A stretch of 64,000 nt of DNA from positions 342,992 to 406,991 of the forward strand of contig OZ260106.1 in NCBI GenBank assembly GCA_965284645.1, given 5' to 3'. Positions 17,969-26,805 of this stretch are shown here, in pieces. The notes beneath the pieces are model-generated. The model was not told where the DNA came from. It ran no database searches and was given only the letters and a program-made list of their open reading frames with translations. The position numbers were made by a program, and so were the translations under genes. The stretch's first letter is position 1, and every line of letters begins with the position of its first letter. This DNA comes from an uncultured Bacteroidia bacterium. GTDB lineage: Bacteria > Bacteroidota > Bacteroidia > JAIBAJ01.

Positions 17969-18685
17969 TTAAAATGCAAGTCCAAAATTAGCACCAAAGT
18001 TTAGTTTAAATGGCATGGAATAATAGCCATAGGCTTCATAAACCTCGTTCATCCTTGCCTTTCCTGATGCATCAATATAATACCAGTCGTTCTTTTTATA
18101 ACCTAAACCCGCATACAAATCGAAACAAACCCGACCAGCTATAAATTGATAGCCAAACAATAAATTCACATTCCAATGAGTAACCGAAATAGCATCAACA
18201 CTAGCTGTATTTTTAGGCTTAATCGTATAGTTCAAATAGGAAAAATGAGGACCAACCCATAAGCCTCTTGGGGCCCTAATTCTAGCAATAGGATAATACC
18301 GCAAACCTACCTGAAACCTAAAACCGTTTAAAGCAAGCTTGGGTGATCCATTTAGTTTGTTCGAATCCACATTCTCTATCATTCGAAGCATAACCCCTTT
18401 AAACAAATAAGAACCACTCAGCATAAGGGTGAGCTGCTTGTATAGAACCGTTTCGTTCATATACCTCAGTTCCGAATTGAAGGGCGTATTTCCTACCAAC
18501 AAGGTAAAAGGATTGGTTTTATGCACCATCCTAAATTGACGAACCTCCTTTCCGAGATCGTAACTTTGTATATGTGAATTCGCATCAATTCCTTCTTGCT
18601 GAGGGAAATAGTCAGGAATGGTATCTTGGGCCTGTAATCCTATTCCATACAAAAGAAAAAATAGAAGCAAAAAGTGCTTTACCAT
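17969..18685 (-). CDS. Putative outer-membrane beta-barrel protein (signal peptide, C-terminal Phe)
   Basis: Starts at Met15 of the track ORF (MVKHFLLLFFLLYGIGLQAQ). Shows an alternating hydrophobic/aromatic pattern and ends ..FKLNFGANFGLAF, typical of OMP beta-barrels. The family is not identified (DUF3575-like?). Confidence 0.55.
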   Translation of the reverse strand: MVKHFLLLFFLLYGIGLQAQDTIPDYFPQQEGIDANSHIQSYDLGKEVRQFRMVHKTNPFTLLVGNTPFNSELRYMNETVLYKQLTLMLSGSYLFKGVMLRMIENVDSNKLNGSPKLALNGFRFQVGLRYYPIARIRAPRGLWVGPHFSYLNYTIKPKNTASVDAISVTHWNVNLLFGYQFIAGRVCFDLYAGLGYKKNDWYYIDASGKARMNEVYEAYGYYSMPFKLNFGANFGLAF

Positions 18686-18738
18686 GTTTGACAAAGTTAA
18701 GTCAGAATTTGGAGATACACACCCCAAGTCTTTAATGG

Positions 18739-19170
18739 TTAAAACTGAACACCTTCAAACCCCTCGATTATTTCTTTGTAGCGTTGTGGAACTGGAATGG
18801 AGGTATGGTTTCTGAAACTCATAGTCACTTGCACTGTTAACCCCGTGGCCACCACCTCTTGCTTCCCCTCCTTGTCGGTGCGGATAAACACATAATCCAT
18901 GTCAAAACTTTTGGTTCCAAATCGGCAGGTCCGAACATGCAAATCAATGGTATCGGTAAGGAAAATAGGTTTCCTGAAATTAACTTCTGCCTTCGCCAAA
19001 ATAAACCCTTCTTCATTCCAATCAATGGATTGTCCAAAAAGGTCGTCAAAGTACTTTATCCGGGCTACCTCCATATAACTTAGGTATTTGGCATTGTTGA
19101 TATGGCCCAATGCATCGGTGTCGCCAAAACGGATCTGTACACGAATTTTACATTTATAATTCTCAGTCAT
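18739..19170 (-). CDS. Acyl-CoA thioesterase, hotdog fold (4HBT / YbgC-like)
   Basis: 143 aa. IRVQIRFGDTDALGHINNAKYLSYME.. is the classic 4HBT active-site region. Confidence 0.8.
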   Translation of the reverse strand: MTENYKCKIRVQIRFGDTDALGHINNAKYLSYMEVARIKYFDDLFGQSIDWNEEGFILAKAEVNFRKPIFLTDTIDLHVRTCRFGTKSFDMDYVFIRTDKEGKQEVVATGLTVQVTMSFRNHTSIPVPQRYKEIIEGFEGVQF

Positions 19171-19174
19171 AATT

Positions 19175-19729
19175 TTAGGGTTTTTCTCTTAAACGTTTGG
19201 CTAATTTGATTAATAGGAACAGTACCACAGCGAAGACGATAAATCCGCCCAAGGCTTTGGCTGCATCCAACGAACTTTTATACACAACAATAAATACAAT
19301 GGCTACCAACAATAAGGTGGCCACCTCATTCCACATCCGCAATTGACTGGATTTGTATTTTATTTCACCTCGCTGCAACTGCTTGTAAAGCAAATGACAA
19401 GAGTAATGGTAGGCTAGCAATAGAGCGACAAACAGCAATTTGGCATGCATCCAAGGATTGGCTTTCAAAGCCTCACCCGATTGGAAAATCCCCATCACCC
19501 AAGCGAGGGCTGGCCCCACCACGATGGTAAAAACCATAGATGGCTGGGTAATCACATTCCATAGCAAATACTCCATCTTGGTGTATTGCTTTTGAAGAAT
19601 GCTACGTTCAGGCTCGGCCAACTCCTTGGTCTCGGCATGGTAAATGAAAAGCCTAACGATGTAGAAAAGTCCGGCAAACCATGTTACCACAAAAATGATA
19701 TGCAAGGATTTGAGCAGGTTGTAATCCAT
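19175..19729 (-). CDS. hemJ: Protoporphyrinogen IX oxidase HemJ (CopD-like membrane protein)
   Basis: 184 aa. LKSLHIIFVVTWFAGLFYIVRLFIYH.. is the conserved HemJ N-terminus. There are 4-5 TM helices. Confidence 0.8.
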   Translation of the reverse strand: MDYNLLKSLHIIFVVTWFAGLFYIVRLFIYHAETKELAEPERSILQKQYTKMEYLLWNVITQPSMVFTIVVGPALAWVMGIFQSGEALKANPWMHAKLLFVALLLAYHYSCHLLYKQLQRGEIKYKSSQLRMWNEVATLLLVAIVFIVVYKSSLDAAKALGGFIVFAVVLFLLIKLAKRLREKP

Positions 19730-19740
19730 TGCTTACCTTC

Positions 19741-20886
19741 TTAAAGAGCTTCTTGGTAAATGTTTCTAAAATCTTGACGAGAAACGGGTTTCGGGTTATT
19801 TGGATGACAAAAATCTGCCTCAGCCAAATCAGCCAAGGTATCCAAATGCTCCTGTTTTACACCAATCGCACTTAATTTATGCGGAATGTTAATTTGGGTA
19901 TTCAAATCAAACAAGGCTTTCACTACAGCTTCGCCACTTTGCTCTTTCAATTCCATGGCTGTAGCAATGCGTTTGAAACGATGCTCAAATCCTTCGATAT
20001 TGAATTTCATGCCATAGGGAATATTCACCGCATTGGCCAAACCATGGTGGGTGTCTAACAAAGAACTGAGCGGATGCGCCAAGGAGTGAACCACACCCAA
20101 TCCTTTTTGAAAGGCAACAGCTCCCATCAACGAAGCTATCATCATTTTGCTACGGCTTTCTAAATCAGGTTTGTTGGTGGCCCTTTCAATCGAATTTACC
20201 ACCAAATTAATTCCTTCTAAGGCGATTCCGTCGGCCATAGGATGAAAACCTTTAGCCAAAAACGCTTCCATATTGTGGGTCAAGGCATCCATTCCGGTGG
20301 CTGCCGTAACAAAAGCCGGCAAATCCATGGTTAATAACGGATCGGCAAAAACCACTTTAGCCAACAACTTAGGCGAAAACAAAATCCGTTTGCGTTTGGT
20401 ATCGTCTTCGCTGATAATGGCCGAACGACCTACTTCGCTTCCCGTTCCACTGGTGGTAGGAAGGGTTACAAAATAAGGTACCTCTTCGGTTACATATTGG
20501 TCTCCACCGATCAAATCATCGTAATCGAACAAGTCGCGGCGGTGGTTGATGCGCAAACAAATGGCACGTGCCACATCCAAGGCGGCTCCCCCTCCTATCC
20601 CTACAATACAATCGCATTTTTCTGAATCGAACACGTCGCCGCCTTTAAGCACATCACTTTTCACCGGATTTTTATGGATATCAAAAAACGCCGTAGGTTT
20701 CAAACCTTGTGATTCGAGCGAGGCAAGCAACTGCTTGAAAAAGGGCAAATCTTTCACCACGGGGTCGGTTACCACCAACGGACGGGAAAAACCTTCTTGT
20801 TTCAAATGAGGCGCTACTTCGAGCATGGCTCCGGCACCAAAACGGATACGGGTTGGAAAATTGTATTGGTATATTTTATCGAACAT
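19741..20886 (-). CDS. Iron-containing (group III) alcohol dehydrogenase
   Basis: 381 aa. Shows the GGGAALDVA NAD motif and metal-site histidines (..DALTHNMEAF.., ..HSLAHPLS.., ..HHGLANA..). Confidence 0.85.
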   Translation of the reverse strand: MFDKIYQYNFPTRIRFGAGAMLEVAPHLKQEGFSRPLVVTDPVVKDLPFFKQLLASLESQGLKPTAFFDIHKNPVKSDVLKGGDVFDSEKCDCIVGIGGGAALDVARAICLRINHRRDLFDYDDLIGGDQYVTEEVPYFVTLPTTSGTGSEVGRSAIISEDDTKRKRILFSPKLLAKVVFADPLLTMDLPAFVTAATGMDALTHNMEAFLAKGFHPMADGIALEGINLVVNSIERATNKPDLESRSKMMIASLMGAVAFQKGLGVVHSLAHPLSSLLDTHHGLANAVNIPYGMKFNIEGFEHRFKRIATAMELKEQSGEAVVKALFDLNTQINIPHKLSAIGVKQEHLDTLADLAEADFCHPNNPKPVSRQDFRNIYQEAL

Positions 20887-20906
20887 GGTTAGGGGTGGAT
20901 TGTAGT

Positions 20907-21413
20907 TTATTCAAAAAGGACTTCCATCTTGGTTTTTACCCTTTGGATGGATTTACGATACGTTTCAACATTCACATCGTTGAGCGAATTGCGAATGGCA
21001 TTTTTATAACTTTCAATGGCCAATTTATACTCACCTTGCAATTCGTACATTATGCCAAACTCGTTATGAATGGTCGATTTCTCTACTCCGGCAACCGTTA
21101 GAGCCCGTTCCAGTATGCGTTTTAGCTCGTCGTATTTGCCCAAGGTAGACAGTACAACAGCCAAATTCACATAAACCGCCGGATATTCTGGCGCATAGGC
21201 AAAGCATTTTTTATAAAACTCCTCGGCCTTCAAATAATCCTTGTATTTGGTCTCGTAAATCCAGCCTAAATGGTTGTAGGCCTTACCATACGAGGGCTCG
21301 GAGGCAAGAATACTCTCGAGGGTTGAAATGGCTTCGGTAATTTTCCCTTGAGCAATCAAGGCGTCGGCTTCGAAAAACAACTCGTCGTACCGAAGGGATT
21401 CATAGGCATCCAT
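20907..21413 (-). CDS. Tetratricopeptide-repeat protein
   Basis: 168 aa with 4 TPR-like 34-mers (..AISTLESILASEPSYGKAYNHLGWIY.., ..AEEFYKKCFAYAPEYPAVYVNLAVV..). Confidence 0.7.
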   Translation of the reverse strand: MDAYESLRYDELFFEADALIAQGKITEAISTLESILASEPSYGKAYNHLGWIYETKYKDYLKAEEFYKKCFAYAPEYPAVYVNLAVVLSTLGKYDELKRILERALTVAGVEKSTIHNEFGIMYELQGEYKLAIESYKNAIRNSLNDVNVETYRKSIQRVKTKMEVLFE

Positions 21414-21573
21414 AGCTAGAATTTTGAGGGGGCAAAGGTAATGGAAAAGAAAGTAGGCCCATGAAGAATCAAGACTGGGAAATGGAAATTTTAAACCGAC
21501 TATTTTTGGGGAAAGGAACAGTCCAAAATCAAAGGACTAGCTTTCGAATGTAGTTGCATTTGATTGGATAGAA

Positions 21574-22082
21574 TTTTTTGGCGGGTCCCTTTTCGGCCAT
21601 AACCATACTACCCCGAATAAACCATTTTCCTGGGCCGAAAAGGTCGCGCTTTCGCTAATACTCCTCGGTCTGCTCCGTGCCTCCGCAGCCCTGTGGGGTA
21701 TCACGCTCTATCGCTACCCGGGGTTCTTCGTGCCCGGTTTTTGGTGAAGTACTGGGCAGTAGTATTCCATGCCGGGGCAATAAATAGGAGGGAAAAAGTA
21801 GTGAGGAAAGAGTAGTGAGAAAATAGAAAATAATACCGAACTACCAATCAAGGACATCCCATAACTCATATCTCATAACTCACTTCTCTTTTCTCTTTCC
21901 TCTCTACTCTTTTCTCTTTCCTCACTTTACCTTCTCCCGTCCGGGTAGGGATAGCAACGGATAGCCCACAGGGATGCGGAGGCACGGAGCAGACCGAGGA
22001 CTAGCAGTGAATAGCCCGACCATGAGCCCAGTATACTGCCAAATCAGCGGAGAATGCTTGTGGCGAATGGGACCCGCCTAAT
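21574..22082. repeat. Family-1 GC-rich palindromic (foldback) element, full-length copy B (about 510 bp)
   Basis: Terminal inverted repeats GGCGGGTCCC (21577) and GGGACCCGCC (22070). The left arm is ..CTCCTCGGTCTGCTCCGTGCCTCCGCAGCCCTGTGGGGTATCACGCTCTATCGCTACCCGG.. and the right arm is its reverse complement (..CCGGGTAGGGATAGCAACGGATAGCCCACAGGGATGCGGAGGCACGGAGCAGACCGAGG..). The AT-rich centre carries inverted AGTAGTGAG / CTCACTACT and CT-rich tracts. Confidence 0.85.
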
Positions 22083-22113
22083 AAAGAAAGAAAAACTATT
22101 ACTAATGTTAAAT

Positions 22114-22147
22114 ACCGAGGTTTTAGTAGGAAGGCCCACTATCTTTG
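22114..22147 (+). promoter_or_regulatory. Candidate Bacteroidetes sigma-A promoter (-7 TAnnTTTG) for the MBL-fold RNase gene
   Basis: TATCTTTG at 22140-22147 lies 17 bp upstream of the ATG at 22165, with a TTG-containing segment about 20 bp further upstream. Confidence 0.35.
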
Positions 22148-22164
22148 CACAAATTGTTTAGGTA

Positions 22165-23577
22165 TTGGAAGGACAACTTATTTTTCAAAGCTTTGGTGCT
22201 GGCGGAACGGTAACAGGTTCGAAGCACTTGGTGGTGACACCCAACGGCAACCGAATTTTGCTGGATTGTGGACTGTTTCAAGGTCATAACAAAGATAAAG
22301 ACGATCTGAACCGACATTTTGGATTTGACCCCCGAACTATCGATATGGTTGTACTTTCACATGCGCATATCGACCACTCGGGTTTGCTGCCCCGCCTTGT
22401 AAGAGAAGGATTTACTGGTAAAATTTATGCCACACCGGCCACGATTTCGTTGTGTAGAATTATGCTGGCCGATTCAGCCCATATCCAAACCGACGACCTC
22501 AAATACGTGAACAAAAGACGCTTGCTCCGCAACGAAGAACCTATCGAGCCTTTGTACGATGAGGCAGATGTGGAAGCCTGCTTGGAACTGTTTATCCCTT
22601 TGCCTTACAATACGCCATTTGACATTGCCGATGATACAGTTTTGGAATACACCGATGCCGGCCATTTGCTAGGTAGTGCAGCTGCTCACTTATCAATTTC
22701 AACGCCCGATGGTATCAAGCGCATTACCTTCACAGGCGATATTGGTCGCTACAATACGGCCATTTTGAAAGACCCAGCACCTTTCGCCCAATGCGATTAT
22801 TTGATTTGCGAAAGCACGTATGGAAATAGATTACACGACAGTTTGCCCGAAGCCGAAAAGCATATTTTAGAAATTGTAGAAAAAGTGTGTGTGCATAAAA
22901 AAGGGAAGCTGATTATTCCTGCCTTTAGCGTGGGAAGAACCCAAACCTTAATTTATGCCTTGGATAAACTGCAAAAAGTGGGTGCCCTCCCAAATATTCC
23001 GGTGTATGTAGACAGTCCGCTCTCGTACAAGGCAACCGAAGTGATGCTGCGCCATACCGAATGTTACAACCAGGATATTTTGGACTATATGAAAAAGGAC
23101 GAAAACCCCTTTCATTTCAAAAACCTGACCTACATTAAGGATGCCGAAGAAAGTAAAGCCTTGAATAAAAAGGAAGAACCCTGCATCATCGTTTCGGCCA
23201 GTGGAATGGCTGAAGCTGGCCGGGTAAAACACCATATCAAAAACAATATTGAAGATCCGAACAATGCGATTATGTTGATCGGGTATTGCACGCCGGATAG
23301 TCTTGGTGGTAGATTAAGGGATGGTAACAAAGAGGTAAAGATTTTTGGTGAACTATTCGAAGTAAAAGCTAGGATATACAACTTCGAAAGTTATAGTTCG
23401 CATGCTGATTACGAAGGTATTTTCACCTATTTGGAATGCCAGGACAAGACTAAAATTAAGGAGATATTTTTAGTGCATGGAGAGGAGCAAACTATATTGA
23501 GTTTCAAGGAGAAATTCATGGAACGAGGCTTTGGGAAAGTGAGTATTCCTCGCCGGAAGGAGTTGTTTGTGTTGTAG
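22165..23577 (+). CDS. MBL-fold metallo-hydrolase of the beta-CASP RNA-metabolising family (RNase J/CPSF-like)
   Basis: 470 aa. Shows the HxHxDH motif VLSHAHIDHSGLLP followed by ..DAGHLLGSAA.. and the beta-CASP region (..CESTYG.., ..SHAD..). The conserved order of metallo-beta-lactamase and beta-CASP motifs is present. Confidence 0.8.
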   Translation: MEGQLIFQSFGAGGTVTGSKHLVVTPNGNRILLDCGLFQGHNKDKDDLNRHFGFDPRTIDMVVLSHAHIDHSGLLPRLVREGFTGKIYATPATISLCRIMLADSAHIQTDDLKYVNKRRLLRNEEPIEPLYDEADVEACLELFIPLPYNTPFDIADDTVLEYTDAGHLLGSAAAHLSISTPDGIKRITFTGDIGRYNTAILKDPAPFAQCDYLICESTYGNRLHDSLPEAEKHILEIVEKVCVHKKGKLIIPAFSVGRTQTLIYALDKLQKVGALPNIPVYVDSPLSYKATEVMLRHTECYNQDILDYMKKDENPFHFKNLTYIKDAEESKALNKKEEPCIIVSASGMAEAGRVKHHIKNNIEDPNNAIMLIGYCTPDSLGGRLRDGNKEVKIFGELFEVKARIYNFESYSSHADYEGIFTYLECQDKTKIKEIFLVHGEEQTILSFKEKFMERGFGKVSIPRRKELFVL

Positions 23578-23819
23578 CCTAGCTTGAGCCTGAACGAAAT
23601 TAACCTTTGTTAAGCGCCAAGCCAAACCAGCGGTGGATATTTGCGGCATCAAACAACTAAAATCCACCTCAATGAAAAAGGCTTTAACAACATCGAATTC
23701 ACTCATGAACATTATTTTAGGTATTACCTGGGTTTGTCTATGCCTCTTGGTATTTACCCATTTAGGATAATTTCTCTCTGGAAAGGATTGGGATTTTTCC
23801 TGGAAAGATTGGAAGCAAA

Positions 23820-23850
23820 ATCGGCGGGTTGAAAAGCCCGCCTTTTTTGT
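23820..23850 (+). terminator. Rho-independent terminator
   Basis: CGGCGGGTTGAAAAGCCCGCC hairpin followed by TTTTTTG. It lies about 245 bp downstream of the RNase gene and directly after the small ORF 23641..23832. Confidence 0.5.
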
Positions 23851-23881
23851 CCCAAATTCATAGAACTCTGCTCAATTTTAT

Positions 23882-24046
23882 CCCAGATTACGCATTAGAA
23901 ATGCATAAAGGATTAACCAGTTGTAAATCAATTTGTATAGCCAAATTGACAACAACTGCTATCCCGAAATTTCTTCGGGAGGGGTAAACCCAACTAAATC
24001 AAGTAGTTCGGATTAATAAATCCTCCTATTGATTAATTTGGGTTTA
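23882..24046 (+). repeat. Family-2 AT-rich about 165-bp MITE-like repeat
   Basis: CCCAGATTACGCATTAGAAATGCATAAAGGATTAACCAGTTGTAAATCAATTTGTATAGCCAAATTGACAACAACTGCTATCCCGAAATTTCTTCGGGAGGGGTAAACCCAACTAAATCAAGTAGTTCGGATTAATAAATCCTCCTATTGATTAATTTGGGTT matches copies at 46012 and 52567 at above 95% identity. The termini are imperfect inverted repeats (AACCCAGATTA..CATTAG / CTATTGATTAATTTGGGTT). Confidence 0.85.
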
Positions 24047-24068
24047 TAGTGGATTCTTTAACCAATTC

Positions 24069-24107
24069 ACAAAAAAAAGCCTGCCCCAATTAAGGAGCAG
24101 GCTTTCC
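24069..24107 (-). terminator. Rho-independent terminator of the PKD/T9SS protein gene
   Basis: On the minus strand AAAGCCTGCTCCTTAATTGGGGCAGGCTTTTTTTTGTG lies 20 bp past the stop at 24127. Confidence 0.6.
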
Positions 24108-24126
24108 CATTAATTAACCATATAAA

Positions 24127-26403
24127 CTACAACTTCACAATTCTTTTCACGATACTAGTGTTTTCAGTAGCAACTTTAACAGAGTAGATACCAGCAGCTA
24201 AAGATTGTACAGGCAGAACAATGGTGTTTTGTCCTTTGTTGGCTTTAACAACTTGGCTGTTAACTACCATACCAGACATGTTTACGATTTGTACACTAAG
24301 CTCTCCTTCGATTTTTGAATTCAAATTCAATTGAACCGATTCTTTAGCTGGATTAGGGAACAAATCTGTCATTTCAACCAAAGCTGGGTTTTTTTCAATT
24401 CCGGTAGTTACACCATCCGAATTGATAACCACCTCAACATTATTGATTTCGGTATTACCTGGCTCAATGGTAACGATCACAGGCGTAGTTGGCAATCCTA
24501 ATACTTCGGTATACACTTGGTAAGTTCCATAAGGAAGATTAGGGAAAGCAAAGGCTCCATCAGCTCCAGTCATTTCGTAGGCAAAGGCTTGGTTGCTCAT
24601 GTTCAACACCATTACTTGGGCATTGTTAATCGGATCACCAGGGCCTTCGGTTTTGTTGGCACCTTGACTAACCAATCCACCAATGAAACCAGGACCACCA
24701 GGGTTGTTTCCACCTACTAAATCAATAATCAAATAAGTGCTTGAAGCAGAGAATACATATGAAGCACCCGACCAGAACAAGCTATTACCATAGTAAGTAG
24801 GCAAGAAATTAGCAAAGTCAGGTGAAGAGGAATTCAAAGCAGCTTTTACTAAGTAGGTTCCAGCGCTAAGTCCATCGAAATGGAAGTAACCATTTGAATC
24901 GGCTACGGCATCTACTAAATTTAAAGCTAAACCAAGATTAGTTGAATCAACAGAAATCAAATAAACAGTAGCGTCGGTCACATTCATTGAATCGGCCATA
25001 ACTGAGCCATAGATGGTATAGGTTGGCTGGAAAGTTCCTGTATTAACCTGTCCGCAGTAGGAGTTCTGACAACCATTAGCACCATAAACAGTTAAGCAAA
25101 CAGTGTAAAAAGAAGCTGAAGGATAAAGATGCGTTGGATTTGCTTGGGTTGACGAAGTATTATCACCAAAAGACCAAACATACTGCGCGTTTGGACTACT
25201 GTAAGAAGTAAATTGAACTTCTAAGTCGTTGGCTGGCGATAAGGTATAGGTGAAATAGGCATTACAAGAATCCCCTGAAATAACGGAGTCAGAAACAAAA
25301 ATATACTGGCAAGTAGTGCTTTGGCAACCGGCATTGTCGAAGATCGTTAAACATACATAAGCAGTATCATATTGACCAGATACAGCAAAAGTATGCGTTG
25401 GATCGCCTGTTGATGCACCAGAACCATCTCCGAAACTCCAAGAGTAATTGTATGAATTGGCAGGAGAAGAAGAGGTTTGTTGGAAGGCAATAGTATTGTT
25501 GCTTACATATGAATAGGTGAAAGATGCTTGGCAGTTTGGACCTACAACTGAATCATTCACAACAATAGTTTGACAAAATTGATCAAAACATGAATCAACC
25601 ATGTTGTAAACACTTAAACATACATTGTAAGTTCCGTTTGAGAAGTAATGATTTGGATACATAGATGTACCAAGCGCACTTCCATCACCAAAATCCCAAG
25701 AATAAATCAAATCCTGACTTGGACTATTTGGCAAGAAATAAATTACATTGGCAGTGCTGTCGTAGGTGGCAAAACTTGCATCACATCCTGAATTCGAATT
25801 AGGAATAGGGTAAATAAATTGACAACTTGTACTTTGACATCCATTTGAATTATAAATAGTTAAACACACTTGGAAACTATCCGATGGATTTCCAGAATAA
25901 ACATGCACCGGATCGCTCGTTGAAGCAGTTGAACCATCACCGAATGACCAGTCGTAATTGAATCCACTTCCAACAGTTTGCTGAAAATATACTTCGCCAG
26001 TATTGGAAAGGGAGTAAACAAAGGCCGACTGACAAGGCGTTGCAGATGGATCACAGCTCAAACTAAAATCACGGTCAACTTGAGTTACCGTACCTTGGTT
26101 GTTTTGAACCTGACCACTTGTTATAGTGCCACAAGCTAAAATAGAAACTGTATAAACTACATTTGGTCCAGGAATAGAACCACCTGGAATTCCGAACGAA
26201 TAATACCCATTCGAATCGGTGACGGTACAATCATAATAGCTAAAATTCGATTGAACCGTAGAGTCGGTAGCCACGCATACTTGTACATTTCCGGCGGGGC
26301 CATTGAGGCCGGAAACGGTGCCCGTAATGTAAAAATTACCTTGGGCGATTGCACTAAAGCATCCCGCTATAAATGCAAACATTAGGATTAATTTGTTTTT
26401 CAT
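24127..26403 (-). CDS. Secreted PKD-repeat protein with T9SS C-terminal sorting domain
   Basis: The start was chosen at Met43 (MKNKLILMFAFIAGCFSAIAQG signal peptide). At least four PKD-like modules carry the WSFGDGS / WDFGDGS signature. The C-terminus LFPNPAKESVQLNL...GIYSVKVATENTSIVKRIVKL is a T9SS CTD. Confidence 0.8.
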   Translation of the reverse strand: MKNKLILMFAFIAGCFSAIAQGNFYITGTVSGLNGPAGNVQVCVATDSTVQSNFSYYDCTVTDSNGYYSFGIPGGSIPGPNVVYTVSILACGTITSGQVQNNQGTVTQVDRDFSLSCDPSATPCQSAFVYSLSNTGEVYFQQTVGSGFNYDWSFGDGSTASTSDPVHVYSGNPSDSFQVCLTIYNSNGCQSTSCQFIYPIPNSNSGCDASFATYDSTANVIYFLPNSPSQDLIYSWDFGDGSALGTSMYPNHYFSNGTYNVCLSVYNMVDSCFDQFCQTIVVNDSVVGPNCQASFTYSYVSNNTIAFQQTSSSPANSYNYSWSFGDGSGASTGDPTHTFAVSGQYDTAYVCLTIFDNAGCQSTTCQYIFVSDSVISGDSCNAYFTYTLSPANDLEVQFTSYSSPNAQYVWSFGDNTSSTQANPTHLYPSASFYTVCLTVYGANGCQNSYCGQVNTGTFQPTYTIYGSVMADSMNVTDATVYLISVDSTNLGLALNLVDAVADSNGYFHFDGLSAGTYLVKAALNSSSPDFANFLPTYYGNSLFWSGASYVFSASSTYLIIDLVGGNNPGGPGFIGGLVSQGANKTEGPGDPINNAQVMVLNMSNQAFAYEMTGADGAFAFPNLPYGTYQVYTEVLGLPTTPVIVTIEPGNTEINNVEVVINSDGVTTGIEKNPALVEMTDLFPNPAKESVQLNLNSKIEGELSVQIVNMSGMVVNSQVVKANKGQNTIVLPVQSLAAGIYSVKVATENTSIVKRIVKL

Positions 26404-26632
26404 GTCTTTAATTTTAAAAGGTTGACGATGCAAATGTGCAACGGTATTTCCAAATAAAAAGACTCTTTTGAACAATATCTTACGCATCCACAACCGCATT
26501 TTTAGAACATTTTTCTCTAATAATACCACAAATCAAGGATTTTAAATTCTCTACTTCTTACGCATAGTTTTATTTGAAAACTGCCGAAAACTTGAAATTA
26601 ACCCCTGATTTTCTGCAAAAACAAACACAATC

Positions 26633-26752
26633 ACCTCAATCCACCCCATTTTCTCACTTCTCTTTTCCCTTTTCTCTCTTCTCTTTTCTCTCTTCTCTTT
26701 TCTCTCTTCTCTTTTCTCTCTTCTCTTTTCTCTCTTCTTCTTTCATTGTTAA
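26633..26752. repeat. CT-rich minisatellite, about 6 tandem copies of a 14-bp unit (CTCTTCTCTTTTCT)
   Basis: TTCTCACTTCTCTTTTCCCTTTTCTCTCTTCTCTTTTCTCTCTTCTCTTTTCTCTCTTCTCTTTTCTCTCTTCTCTTTTCTCTCTTCTTC. It shares the 15-mer CTCACTTCTCTTTTC with the central core of family-1 element B (21884-21898). Confidence 0.85.
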
Positions 26753-26769
26753 AATCTTGCCCTACCTTC

Positions 26770-26801
26770 TTTTTTTAGAATTCCATATTGCACTAAGTTT
26801 G
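26770..26801 (+). promoter_or_regulatory. Candidate Bacteroidetes sigma-A promoter (-7 TAnnTTTG) for recN
   Basis: TAAGTTTG at 26794-26801 lies 4 bp upstream of the recN ATG (26806). A TTG lies at about -33 (ATATTGCAC). Confidence 0.4.
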
Positions 26802-26805
26802 CAAC

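Noticed and set aside
21574-22082. Possibility that the repeated elements are a CRISPR array
   Set aside because: There are no short regularly spaced direct repeats with unique spacers. The copies are dispersed over 40 kb, are palindromic, and their interiors are conserved between copies. No cas genes are present.
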